This document shows positions 19,433-32,194 of a DNA stretch of 64,000 nt, one piece after another. The notes beneath the pieces were generated by a model, which saw only the letters and a program-made list of their open reading frames with translations, had not been told where the DNA came from and did no database searches. This DNA comes from Alphaproteobacteria bacterium (lineage in GTDB: Bacteria > Pseudomonadota > Alphaproteobacteria > Bin95): NCBI GenBank assembly GCA_965205265.1, contig CBDBGH010000003.1, positions 3,616,001 through 3,680,000 on the forward strand. Reading direction: 5' to 3'. The translations under genes and the position numbers were made by a program. How positions within the stretch are numbered: position 1 is the first letter of the stretch; each line of letters starts with the position of its first letter.

Positions 19433-19675
19433 ATGTTCAAACTGCTCGACGGCCTTTCCGCGCTGGCGAAGCTCCCGTTCCCCGTGTTACTCGCGGTCGC
19501 GCTGGTTCTGGCCGCTGCGGGCCTCGTCCCGATCGGCTGGCATGTGCTGTGGTGCATCGAGACGGCCGCGCAAGGCTGGCAGTCCCTGGCCTTGCTGGTC
19601 GCCGGTCTGGCCATCCCGCCGCTCGGCTGGGCCCATGGCATGTCGCTGCTGCTGGGTTTCGGCGGATGGCTGTAG
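19433..19675 (+). CDS. small hydrophobic membrane protein
   Basis: Strong RBS AAGGAG; several hydrophobic segments. Confidence 0.65.
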   Translation: MFKLLDGLSALAKLPFPVLLAVALVLAAAGLVPIGWHVLWCIETAAQGWQSLALLVAGLAIPPLGWAHGMSLLLGFGGWL

Positions 19676-20724
19676 GTCCGGCAGAGTCGCGCGGCATCCC
19701 GGAGGAGCTGCGCGCCCGGGCGCGGGCCGCCTTGGCGGCCGACCGCAATGTCCGGGCGGTGCTGCTCTACGGCTCGCGGGCGCGCGGCGACCACCGCCCG
19801 GAAAGCGACTGGGACATTGCGCTCGTCACCCGCCGGGGCGGCTGGCGGCTCTGCTGGCGGCCGCCCGCGGGCTGGGGGGACGGGCCTGGGTTCCGGACGC
19901 CCTGGTTCCTGCGCCTGCCGGAGGGCGAGTTGCGGCGGAAGAAGGATGCGGTGGGCCATCCGGCCTTCGCGCTCGCGCGCGACGGGATTGTGCTGGCGGG
20001 TTCCTGGCGCCGTCCGGTTCCGGGACCGCCGCAGCCGGTGGGAGCGGACGACCATGCCCGCATCCTCGACATCGCCCTTCGCTGTCTCGGGCGGGCCGTC
20101 CACGGCGCCGGGGCGCTGCTGACGACGGACCGGAAACACGCCCTGCGATACGACGACTGCGACTACGCGCGCTGGGTGTTCCACACGACGTGTTTCCGGA
20201 TTTCGCGGGACAGCGGGTGGGCGGCCTCCGGGCTTGCCGTGGCCGCCCTGGCGCGGTTCGCGAAGCCCGGCGCGTGCAAGCATCCGCCCGAGCGGCTGGC
20301 CCGCTCCATATCCGACTCCGTGCTGGCCGCCGAACTTGCCCGGCTCGGCGGCCGGATCGTCGAAGAGGGTGCGGCCGGGGAGGAGGCCGGCGGCCCGGAG
20401 GACCTGCGGGCGGCGTTCGTGCGCATCGCGCGGATTGCGGAACGCCTGCCGGCGGAACTTCTGGAGGCTGCGCGCGCCCCGCAGCTCCGGCGCAAGGCGC
20501 CCGGCTTCGCGCTCCGGCAGGTCCGGACCCTGCGGTGGATGGCCACGCTGTTGCGCGAGGCCCGCATGGAAGCGGACGCCGGGGATCCGGGGGGGCAGGC
20601 GGATTTCCCGGTGAGCGCGGAAGTGCTGGCGGACTACGACCTGATGGCGCCCGCGCTGGAGGCGGCGGCGCGCGGCCTGATGGCGGTCCCGCGCCTCCTG
20701 AAGCACGACATGGGGGGTCCGTAA
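19666..20724 (+). CDS. minimal nucleotidyltransferase (MNT) domain protein with helical C-terminal extension
   Basis: VLLYGSRARGDHRPESDWDIALV. Confidence 0.75.
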   Translation: MAVGPAESRGIPEELRARARAALAADRNVRAVLLYGSRARGDHRPESDWDIALVTRRGGWRLCWRPPAGWGDGPGFRTPWFLRLPEGELRRKKDAVGHPAFALARDGIVLAGSWRRPVPGPPQPVGADDHARILDIALRCLGRAVHGAGALLTTDRKHALRYDDCDYARWVFHTTCFRISRDSGWAASGLAVAALARFAKPGACKHPPERLARSISDSVLAAELARLGGRIVEEGAAGEEAGGPEDLRAAFVRIARIAERLPAELLEAARAPQLRRKAPGFALRQVRTLRWMATLLREARMEADAGDPGGQADFPVSAEVLADYDLMAPALEAAARGLMAVPRLLKHDMGGP

Positions 20725-21195
20725 TGCTCACGGTTGCCGGAGACATCTACATGAAGAAAACAGGACCCCTGCCCGCCGCGACGCAGATCCTGGACGCCTG
20801 CCTGTCCGGGGCGGTATCCCGCGAGGAGGCGGTGGACCTGCTCCGCATGTCGGGCTATGCGGAACTGCTGAACGCGCTCGCGGACAGGGGCGCCGCCTCG
20901 CCGGAGCCGCCTTCCGGGCCGGTCGGGTTCGAGCTTGCCGGGGCGATGCCGGTCCTGCGCATGCTGGAAGCGGCCGGCCACAGGGCCGGGCTGGCGCCGC
21001 CCCGGGCGGCGGAGCGCGAGATCGAGGTGCAGGCCGCCCTGTTCAGCTGCGTCCGGGGCAAGCGCGCCACGCTCCTGATTGCCGAGGACGCGCCGCTCCA
21101 GAGCTTCCGGGCGGCCGGGCGACTGGACCTGCTGCTCCGGCTCGGCGCCCGGGTCCTCGTCCCGGACGGCGTTCTGGATGCGGTTGCTGGAGGTC
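20724..21195 (+). pseudogene. antitoxin-like/PIN-like gene, truncated
   Basis: TAATG coupling; ends in LLIAEDAPLQSFRAAGRLDLLLRLGARVLVPDGVLD, resembling a PIN-domain N-terminus, then coding character is lost. Confidence 0.45.
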
Positions 21196-21199
21196 TAAG

Positions 21200-21582
21200 C
21201 CATCCGCGACTGGGAGTCGTCCGAAGGCGACGGCTTGCTGACTACAGGCGAAACCGCACGCCGCCATGCCCGGGACCGCGCCTTCATCGAGGCGGAGATC
21301 GCGGCGGCCCACGAGGCCGGGCTGGAGGCCGCGGTCATCACCCACCATGCGCCGAGCCCCGCGTCGATCCACCACCGCTATGCGGACAGCCCGCTCAACC
21401 CGGCCTTCGTTTCCGACCTGGACGCGATGATCGTGCATCTGCGCCCGGCGCTCTGGATCCACGGCCATGTCCACCACGCCATCAGCGCGACGGTCGGGCG
21501 GACGCATGTCGTCGCCAATCCGCTCGGCATCGGCCCCGCGGAAGAGGCGGATTTCACGCCGGACCTCGTCGTCGAACTGTGA
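21200..21582 (+). pseudogene. C-terminal fragment of a calcineurin-like metallophosphoesterase
   Basis: VITHHAPS..S, NPAFVSDL, LWIHGHVH, VANPLG; N-terminal DxH/GD/GNH motifs absent. Confidence 0.75.
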
Positions 21583-22258
21583 AGGGACCCTCATGATGAC
21601 CGCTGCAACCGCCAGATTTTCGCCTGTCGTGCGGCTCGGGCCGAACCCCGGGAAGGGCCGCGACCTAGTCGTGGGCGACGTTCACGGGCATTTCGCGACG
21701 CTGCGCCATGCGCTCGCCGAACTGGAATTGGGCGCGGGCGACCGGCTCTTCTCGGTCGGCGACCTGGTCGACCGCGGCCCGGACCCCTTCCAGGCCCTGT
21801 CATGGATCGCCGGGGGCCCGCCCGATCCGGGGGACGGTTCCGCGGCCCGCTTCGACCTTGTCATCCGCGGCAATCACGAACAGCTGATGCTCGACGCCCT
21901 GGCCTCGGAAGCCTCGCCGGACTACGAGCCGCTCTGGCCGACCGGGCGGGACCTCTGGTACGACAATGGCGGCTGCTGGTGGCGGAACCGGGAGCGTCGG
22001 CCGAAGCCGCCGGCCGAGGCCTGGACGGCGGCCCTGGCGGCGCTGCCCTTTGCGGCGCGCATCGAGACCCCGCGCGGCCCGGTCGGCCTGGTGCGGCGCG
22101 TCAATCAAGCTGAGACGTTTGCGTCAATCAGGATGAGACGGGGGAAGGCGGCGGCCTGGAACGCAGGGAGGGCGTAGCCCGACCGGAGTTCCGGGCCGCC
22201 GGCTCGAAAAATTTCCCCCGGGCCTTCTGGCGGCCAGGGCCGGCCGGGCGAACGGTGA

Positions 22259-24627
<2,369 letters not shown>

Positions 24628-25169
24628 GCCGCCGCCTGCTCAGGTAGAGCGGCCACGACAATCAGGGCCCGCGGGGATCGTCTCCGCGCGCCGTCTCTTC
24701 TCCGACCCGACGGCCTGCCGCGACAATCAAAACCATTCCCGAAAACACTGTTTGTCGCGCCGCGACAATCAAAACCGGAAACCGCTTGCAATCCACCCCC
24801 CGCGCGGCAATCATCAACTCGCCGCTGCCGCCGGGAATCTCATCCTGATTGACGCGCAGCTCTCACCCAGATTGTCGCGCCATAGCCTGGTGCATGCCTG
24901 CCCGCTCTTCCCCTCCTGGGAGGAGCTGGAAGCGGCGCTCGCGGTTATCTCCATACCGGGGCGGTGGCGGGCGTGCGCGCGGTGGTGACCGGCCACACGC
25001 CGGTGCAAGAGCCCGTCTGGCGGGCGAATGTGCTCGATATCGACACCGGCATCGCCAGGGCGGGCCTGCGCCGCCTCACCATTGCGCGCATCGACAGCGC
25101 GGAGATCGGCACATGGACTTTCGACCGGGTCCCGGAGGACAGGAGGTGAGCGCAATAGCGGGGCGGCGC

Positions 25170-26933
25170 ATGACGAAGCCATCCTGGCGCTTCTACGGGC
25201 GCGAGGCGGAGATGGCCCGGCTCAGGGCCGCCTTCCTCGCCCCGCAATTCGGGCTGGCCGCCATCCGCGGCCGCCGGGTCGTCGGCAGGTCGCGCATCCT
25301 CCGGGAGACCGTACGGAGCCTGCCGGAAGACAGGCCGGCCTTCCTGTTCCGCGCGAAGCCCTGGGACAGTCCGGAGGACCTGCAGGGGGCTCTGCAGGAC
25401 GCGCTGCGCCGGGCCTGCGCGAAGCGGCCCGGCATCGGGCGGCCGCTCGACAGCGCCGGCAACCCGCTCCGGGACCTGCCGCAGGTCCTCGAAAGCCTGC
25501 TGCGGCGGGGCGTCGGCGTGGCGATCGACGACGCGCACTACCTCCTGTCGGACAGGCTGCCCAGTCTCGTCCCGGAGATCGCCGCCATGGCCCGCAGGCT
25601 CCGGCGGGAGGCGCAGGGCGCGGGGTCCGGACTGCTGTCCGACCGCAGGCGGGGCGCGCTGGTCCTCGCCGGCTGGGACCATCTCCGGATGCGGGACCTG
25701 CTCGCCGCCTTCGGCCCGGCCGTCAGCATCTCCATGCCGCTGGAGCCCTGGCCGGCCGCGACGGTGCTCGCCGTCGCGCGCGACCGGGGCTGGCTGGGCT
25801 GGCCGCGCCGCCTGGCGCTGGTCAGGGCCGCATATGGCGGCATGCCGCTGGACTGGGCGCGGTTCTCGGGCGACAGGATGGCCGACTTCGCGGCATGGCC
25901 GGACGACGGCAAGTGGCGGCGGGCCTTCGCCGAGCGCATCGGCGAGAGCGTGACGTCCTGGGGCAATGTCGCGGCCCGCGCGGCATCCGAGCCGCCAGAG
26001 ACCTTGCGGATCCTCGAACATATCGCCCGCTCTCCGGAGGGGGAGGCCGGCGCCGGGGCGCTCGGCGCCGCCTTCCCCGACATGGCGCCGGACCGCCTGG
26101 AGGCCCGGCTCGAGGAGCTGTGCGACAGGCAGTTGCGGCTGGAGACGGTTCCCGCCTTTCCGGGCGCGGAGGGCGGAGCGTCGGAGGAGCGCTGGCGGAT
26201 CTACGATCCGGAGTTCCGCTTCTGGGTCGATGCCGGCATGCCGCGCATCTTCAATGAATCGATACGGCGCTATAGCCCGCCGCATTCCGCAACCCGGCTC
26301 CTGGCCGGGCGCATGGAAGCCATGGAGAAAGTCGCCCTTGCGCAGTTCAAGCGCGACTGCGGGGACGACTGGACCGAGCCGGTCAAGCGGGACCGCCTCC
26401 CGATCCGGGGTAGCAGCCGCTCTCCCGATCCGGAGGTCGAGAGGCGCGCCTTCGCCTTCGACGTGGCCGCGCCCGGCGTGCTGGAAGGCTTGCTGATCCC
26501 CTATGGCGTCCCCATCCGCGTCGGCGACAGGTTCGAGGAGGTCTTCGAGCCCGGTTCCCTCGTAGTGAACGGCCTGCTCGTGGCTGTCCCGCCGGAGCTG
26601 GCCCCGACGCGTCCCCAAGGCAAGTTGAGGAAGGCTCTCCCGCGGACCCGCCCGCTCGCCCGGCCCGGACAGGGCCTGGAGCTGCATGACGGCCCCGACG
26701 GCCTGCGTGCGACGGTAACCCTGCCGGACACGATCGACGGGCGCCGGGTCCGGGACCGCGTCGAGGCGGGCGAACTGACGGCGTTCAGCGCCGCGTTCCA
26801 GGCGCTCGAGGAGGAATGGCCCGCCCCCGACCGGCGCATCGTCCGCCGGGCGCTGCTCGTGGGACTCTCCTTGGTGGGCAAGCCGAAGCAGGAGGAGGGC
26901 AGGTCATGCCGTTCGTTCCCGTGGTCGATCTGA
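25170..26933 (+). CDS. degenerate archaeal-type ATPase fused to an HK97-like prohead protease domain
   Basis: FYGREAE...GRRVVGRS (Walker A Lys replaced), IDDAH, YGGMP, WRIYDP.FRFW; C-terminus GLLIPYG...EEVFEPGSL...DGPDGL...GELTAFS. Confidence 0.6.
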   Translation: MTKPSWRFYGREAEMARLRAAFLAPQFGLAAIRGRRVVGRSRILRETVRSLPEDRPAFLFRAKPWDSPEDLQGALQDALRRACAKRPGIGRPLDSAGNPLRDLPQVLESLLRRGVGVAIDDAHYLLSDRLPSLVPEIAAMARRLRREAQGAGSGLLSDRRRGALVLAGWDHLRMRDLLAAFGPAVSISMPLEPWPAATVLAVARDRGWLGWPRRLALVRAAYGGMPLDWARFSGDRMADFAAWPDDGKWRRAFAERIGESVTSWGNVAARAASEPPETLRILEHIARSPEGEAGAGALGAAFPDMAPDRLEARLEELCDRQLRLETVPAFPGAEGGASEERWRIYDPEFRFWVDAGMPRIFNESIRRYSPPHSATRLLAGRMEAMEKVALAQFKRDCGDDWTEPVKRDRLPIRGSSRSPDPEVERRAFAFDVAAPGVLEGLLIPYGVPIRVGDRFEEVFEPGSLVVNGLLVAVPPELAPTRPQGKLRKALPRTRPLARPGQGLELHDGPDGLRATVTLPDTIDGRRVRDRVEAGELTAFSAAFQALEEEWPAPDRRIVRRALLVGLSLVGKPKQEEGRSCRSFPWSI

Positions 26934-27337
26934 CGGACCCCGAACGCGAACCCTCGGATGAGGAACTGGAAGCCTTGATGCAGTCGGTTTGCGAGAAGGT
27001 CGTCGAAAACAATCGCCGGGCCCGGGAGCGGTTCCTTGCGGACCTCAAGGACAGCATCGCCCGGGCGGCGCAGGGCGGGACAGACCCTGTGCCGGACGCC
27101 GTCAGGCGCGCCGACGCGGCCCGCCAGGCAAAGCCGGAGACGACAATGACCGGAACAGCGAAGCCCGACCATGAACCCGATTGGGCCTATCTCTGCGAGA
27201 ACTGCAGCCAGCCCATGCTCGCCGGCGACGAATATACCGTCTGGTGGGAAGGCATGTGGCAATGCTGGGCCTGCGCCAAACCGAAATGCGGGGACGCCGA
27301 ACCGTTGTCCCTGGCCGAATGGAAGGCCGGGCGATGA
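26906..27337 (+). CDS. hypothetical protein with C-terminal CxxC..CxxC zinc-ribbon-like motif
   Basis: RBS GGAGG; CENC and CWAC. Confidence 0.55.
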   Translation: MPFVPVVDLTDPEREPSDEELEALMQSVCEKVVENNRRARERFLADLKDSIARAAQGGTDPVPDAVRRADAARQAKPETTMTGTAKPDHEPDWAYLCENCSQPMLAGDEYTVWWEGMWQCWACAKPKCGDAEPLSLAEWKAGR

Positions 27338-27453
27338 AAGACCGGAGACGCTGACATGGCGGACGGCGCCGAACCGCAATACCGCGCGAAACTCCGGCGC
27401 CCCGCCCTGCACCCCGGCCGTGAACCGTTGAGCGAGAGGCGCGATCCCGGTTC

Positions 27454-27714
27454 TCAGCAGGTCCCTCCATCCGGTCCGGACCGGTAACCCGGTCCGGGAT
27501 CCGGCGTGCCATGCCATGGCGGGGGCGGTTTGCGGAAGAACCGCAGGCCGCAGAGTTCGAGATGCGCAAGAATCTTTCCGGCGAGAGGTTTGAAGCGGTC
27601 GTGATCGCCGGGCCTGTAGCGCTTCGGCCACAGCTTTTCGCCTTTCCGGAGCGCCATCTCGATGTCGAAAAGGACCTCGTCCCGCGGAACTGGCCGGCTG
27701 TCTTCCCCGTGCAT
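27454..27714 (-). CDS. small hypothetical protein downstream of a LexA-box-like site
   Basis: GGAG RBS, MHGEDSRP...; its 5' region is duplicated at 30607-30726. Confidence 0.55.
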   Translation of the reverse strand: MHGEDSRPVPRDEVLFDIEMALRKGEKLWPKRYRPGDHDRFKPLAGKILAHLELCGLRFFRKPPPPWHGTPDPGPGYRSGPDGGTC

Positions 27715-27795
27715 GAAGCGTCTCCCCGAATGGAACATTATAGCAACATATAGCCTGTCGAGGCGCAGGGGCCAAGCATGCGGCCGGGCTGACGG
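27676..27795. repeat. ~120-bp direct repeat, copy 1 (copy 2 at 30607-30726), containing a GAAC-N7-CAAC LexA-like box
   Basis: Shared CTCGTCCCGCG..GGCTGTCTTCCC..TGCATGAAGCGTCTCCC..GGAACATT..GCAACATATAGCCTGTCGA..GGCCAAGCATGCGGCCGGGCTGACGG. Confidence 0.85.
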
Positions 27796-27971
27796 CGTCC
27801 GGTCCGGGGTCGCCCTCATGTCCTGCATGGCTTCTGTTGTCCGGCGCGCAGATTGGACGCCGCTCAGTCCTGCAACATGTCGATCGCCGTGACTCCAAGG
27901 AATCAAGCAACACGTATGGTGCAGCCTCCCGATCGGGTACGCTTGCCCACCCGCAAACGAGGAGCACCGAT

Positions 27972-28328
27972 ATGCCCATCGGCACCCGCTACGTCTTCAT
28001 CGCAAGCATGGATGTGGACCCGGAGAAGGAGGATCTGTTCAACGAAGTCTATGACACCGAGCATGTGCCCTACTTGCTGGAGGTGCCGGGCGTGATAGCG
28101 GTCACGCGCCTGAAGGCGCTGGACTTCGAGAGGTCGATCGGCGGCGAGCTGCAGTCGGTGCCACGCGGCGAGACCCCGACATGGCACGCCATCTACGAGA
28201 TCGAAAGCCCCGACGTTTTGAAGAGCGCGGCGTGGGCGGAGGCCGCCGAGCGTGGCCGCTGGCCCGGCGAGGTGCGTCCGCACACCCGCAACCGGCGCCA
28301 TTCGCTCCAGCGGGTGACGGGGGCGTAG
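27972..28328 (+). CDS. EthD/DUF4286-like dimeric alpha-beta barrel protein
   Basis: MDVDPEKEDLFNEVYDTEHVP..LEVPGV, AIYEIESPDV; RBS GAGGAG. Confidence 0.75.
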   Translation: MPIGTRYVFIASMDVDPEKEDLFNEVYDTEHVPYLLEVPGVIAVTRLKALDFERSIGGELQSVPRGETPTWHAIYEIESPDVLKSAAWAEAAERGRWPGEVRPHTRNRRHSLQRVTGA

Positions 28329-28699
28329 CAGCCCGCGTACCGAATCCTCGAAGGTCCGCGGATCTCGAGGCGTCCGCGTTCGTCGCAGCGGAGCAACGTG
28401 GTGATGGTGCAGATCACCGGGCCAGCGCCCACGTGTCGTTAAGAGCGTATGTCCTTCAGCGGCAGGCTTGTGATGGGGTGGTCCGCCCTACACTGGCGGC
28501 ATTCAACGAGGGTTGCTCGGCGCGCCGAGCAACAATCCACAAGACCGGCCGGGTCACGGGCGCGATCCGCCATGGCCACCTGTCGATCGAGGAAGGCGGC
28601 AAGGTCGCCGGCGACGTCGCCGCGGCAGATGGCGACGTCGCTGTTGTCCAAGCCCAACCCAGTTACGGTCAGGAATACAAAAGCGTCGGAAAAAGCCGA

Positions 28700-30430
28700 C
28701 TACATCAGGCACATCTCGCTGCTGGGGCCGAGATCGTCTTTCGCTTCGGCGATCAGGCCGGCCCAGTCGGCCGGCAGATCGACCGGTTGACCGGCGACGA
28801 TCGCCGACCACCCCTGCATCCAGAAATTATGCGTCGGATGCGCGCCGCCAGCGACGGCCAGGATGATCTGCGACGGATCGCGGCAGATTGCCCAGGGATC
28901 GTCGTTGGCGGTGGCGGCGGTGTTCGGGTTCGACGCGTCGTCGATCCACTGCCACAGGCCGGTCCGCTTGACCTCTTCGTGCGGGATCCTGGAATGCTCC
29001 CACAGGAAGGCCTTGACCTTTTCCTTGGTCCAGCCGAGATCGGCCAACTGCCTGGCGACGATCCGCGGCACCAGCAAGGCGCCCGGCGTGCCATTCCAAT
29101 GGCCTTGCATGTAATGCCCGCTGGGGCTGGCAAGATAAGACGCGACGCGATGCAGGCCCTGCTCCGCCTCCTCTTCCTGCGTTTCCTTGCCGACGCCGCG
29201 GCGCATGACGTTCGACGCGCCGGTCGCGATATAGACTGTCACCGCATTCTCGCCGCGTTTGGCATGCCCGAAATCGACGCTGACCGGGTCCCAGCCCTCA
29301 GGCAGCCCGTCCTCGTCCTCGGCGATGACCACGTTCGTGTAGCGCATGGCGCCGAAGATCGCCATCGTGCCCACACCGGGCAGCGCGCCGCCGACATTCT
29401 GCTGGATCAGGCGCAGCGCGCGGCCGATCGAGGCGCCCGCCGGATGCTGCGGATCGGGACCGAGCAGGCCGAAGCCGGAATTGAGCCGGATCTCCTTCGC
29501 CATCGGCCCGTTGACGATGACCACCGGGAAGGTGCTGCCCGAGGTCGCCTGGATCTTGTCGTGTTCCAGCCCCGGATCGATCAGTCCCGCCGTTGCCGCG
29601 ATCAGCACCGGCAGATACTCCGGCCGGCCGCCGGCCATTGCCAGCGAAATCGCGATCGTCTCGATCGTCGCCACGCCGCCGCGCGGCATGACCTTGCCGA
29701 TGACATGATCCCGCGGCAAATCGGTACCCTTCAGGATCCAGTCGACCCGTTCGACTGTCGGTGCGTTGACCGGCAGCCCATCGCCCCAGCTGCTGGTGAG
29801 GAACAGGCGGTTCATCTTGTCGAGCGCCGCTTCGTAGCCATTGGCTTCGATGCGCATTCTCGACGGCTCCTGCAGTCCGGTTTCGGTCGTCGCCGACTGC
29901 CAGTCGGTCAACCCCTCGCCAAACTTCCCGATCGCGCACTCGATCGGCGTCAGGTCACTGCCGACCAGGAACGGGTCAATCGGGAAGACCACCATGGCGG
30001 CGTCCTGGCCGAAACCCAGACCGGACACCGCATTGCGGACGACGCCCACGAAGTCCTCGCGGGCCAGGGTAACGGTGGGAATGCCCCTGCTTTCAATTCG
30101 AGCGGCAACACGGCCGCATGCTGTCGCGCAGGCGCCTCAAGAGGCGTTGCCGACAATGACCGCTTCGGCGCCGCGCGCCACGACCATGTCGACGGTTTCA
30201 TCCGTATCGATCTGCTGCGTTCCCATCGGGAACTCGGTCTCCGGAATGAATACGGCATCCGGATAGCGTTCCTGCAGCTTCTCGCGTACCAGCGGCAGTA
30301 TGCGGTGCGCCTGCCACATATCGTCGGACAGAAAGGCGACGGTCTTGCCGGCCAGCGTGTCAAGCCGCGGAGCGTGCAGGTTGATCACCTCTGTCGCTCC
30401 CGTCGGATCAAAGATTTCCAAGGCATCCAT
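28700..30430 (-). CDS. UGSC-family selenoprotein fused to its usual thioredoxin-like partner domain (Sec at TGA 30137-30139)
   Basis: ORF 30137-30430 ends in TGA and reads through in frame (...GNAS-U-GACATACGRVAARIESRGIPTV...) into ORF 28700-30049 (WGDGLP..PT.ERV, ISLAMAGGRPEY); SECIS-like hairpin follows the TGA. Confidence 0.85.
30102..30127 (-). promoter_or_regulatory. putative bacterial SECIS hairpin
   Basis: mRNA GCG-A-CAGCAUG-[CGGC]-CGUGUUG-C-CGC; apical loop starts ~21 nt after the UGA and contains G. Confidence 0.6.
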
Positions 30431-30606
30431 GAACGGTTCCTCCTCGTTTCGTGAATTGTTGCCAGACGTAGCGCAGTCGGCGCGCGTCTTCCAATTTCAT
30501 GTCCGAAGCCCTTTTGTTGTTCGGCTCCGTCTCATGAACCCCATGCTCGCTGCTGTCGCAACGGGTTGGCAGGATTATAGGCGTCCAACGGCGACGCCGA
30601 ACAACA

Positions 30607-30726
30607 CTCGTCCCGCGATGCCGGCCGGCTGTCTTCCCTGTGCATGAAGCGTCTCCCGGATTGGAACATTCAGGCAACATATAGCCTGTCGATGCGCGTC
30701 GGCCAAGCATGCGGCCGGGCTGACGG
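30607..30726. repeat. ~120-bp direct repeat, copy 2, with LexA-like box at 30664-30678
   Basis: Aligns with 27676-27795; carries only the first ~12 codons of the small gene. Confidence 0.85.
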
Positions 30727-30839
30727 GCCCGGAGCCGGACGCCGTCAGGCATGCAAGCCTGTTGCAGGCGCGCCTGAAACAAGGTTCATGGGGCGGCGCC
30801 GAACGACACCTGCCGCTGACAGGGACAATCGGGCCAGAA

Positions 30840-31549
30840 TGTGCGGTCGATTCACCCAGCGCCTCTCATGGGCGGAACTGCACGAGCTGATGAACCTCAT
30901 CGGCCCGCCCCGCAACCTGGAGCCCCGCTACAACGTCGCTCCGGGCCAGGATGTCGCCATTGTCCGCGCCGCGGAACACGGATCGCAGTCGGGCGACGGC
31001 CGCCGTCTCTCCATGCTGCGCTGGGGGTTGGTACCCGCCTGGTCGAAGGATCCCTCCATCGGCAACAGGCTCATCAATGCGCGGTCCGAGACGGTCGCGG
31101 AGAAGCCGGCCTTCCGCGCCGCATACCGGCGCCGGCGCTGCCTGGTCCCGGCCGACGGCTTCTACGAATGGCAGCACCGGGGCGCGACCCGCCAGCCCTG
31201 GCTGTTCGGCCTCCGCGGTGGCGCGCCCTTCGCGTTCGCCGGCCTCTGGGAGCGCTGGACCGGATCGGAGGGTCCGGGGCCGACAGGTTCGCTCTTCGGC
31301 CCGGAACCCGGCTGGCCGGTTGAGACGTTCACCATCCTCACCACCGCCGCCAACGAGACCGTGGCGCAAGTCCACGGCCGCATGCCGGTCATCCTGCCCC
31401 CGGACGCCTGGGGTGCTTGGCTTGCGGGCGAGGACATTCCGCTCGGCCCCTGTCCCGCGGATGAAATGCACGCGCATCCGGTGAGCACGCTGGTCAACAA
31501 GCCCGCCAATGACGATCCACGCTGCGTCGAGCCGGTCTCCCTCTGCTGA
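30840..31549 (+). CDS. SOS response-associated peptidase (SRAP/YedK/HMCES family)
   Basis: MCGRF N-terminus, RYNVAPGQ, INARSET, RCLVPADGFYEW, HGRMPVIL. Confidence 0.93.
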
Positions 31550-31657
31550 TCGCCGGCAACCGTTCCCGACTTCGCCGACCGGTCCGGATGAAGCGGCGCC
31601 TGAGCGCCCTGGGACCGGCCGGTTACAGGCAGCCCTTATGCTTGTATCTCTTCGGCG

Positions 31658-32194
31658 CTACGGGTCGGGATTTCCAGCCTGGGCCTCGATTTGCCACAAT
31701 TCCGTTTCCCACCACTCGATGGATGCCTCTATGGCCTGCAACGGCGAATAGGCGCGATCTCCTATCAGTATTGCCGGATAAATTGATGGAGCATCCAACA
31801 TTTCCTGTTTTTCGGCAGGCGATGGAAATAGCGATGATCGATATTCTTTCAGAATCGTATTTCTTTCCTTCTCGATGAATTCATTAAAGATCAGATGTTG
31901 AAATGGTTGGGATTTCCAACGGTTCCAGGCGGCATCTATTGCCGAGCGGAGTGCATTGGATCGTGTTGCATCCATGTTTCGCAAGGCATGTCCTACCGCC
32001 CGCAGAATTGTGATCGCTGTGATCCACCGCAGGCGAATGGTCGCCAAATCATCCGAGTCGAGTGCAGCGGAGAAATCATGCTTGGCTCGATAAGCATCAC
32101 GTAGAACGCGCCGCGCCGCAAGGGCATCGTATTTCGAATATCGATTATTCTTCTTCGCCCTGCTTCTGCGAGTGTTTTGCCAGGTCCTGGCCAC
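31658..32194 (-). CDS. hypothetical all-helical protein, lower GC
   Basis: 178-aa ORF with atypical codon usage; ERNTILK motif loosely HEPN-like. Confidence 0.6.
   Translation of the reverse strand: MARTWQNTRRSRAKKNNRYSKYDALAARRVLRDAYRAKHDFSAALDSDDLATIRLRWITAITILRAVGHALRNMDATRSNALRSAIDAAWNRWKSQPFQHLIFNEFIEKERNTILKEYRSSLFPSPAEKQEMLDAPSIYPAILIGDRAYSPLQAIEASIEWWETELWQIEAQAGNPDP

Noticed and set aside
28700-30430. Two separate genes or a nonsense pseudogene
   Set aside because: The TGA sits in a UxxC motif, the intervening codons read as conserved-looking protein, and a SECIS-like hairpin follows.
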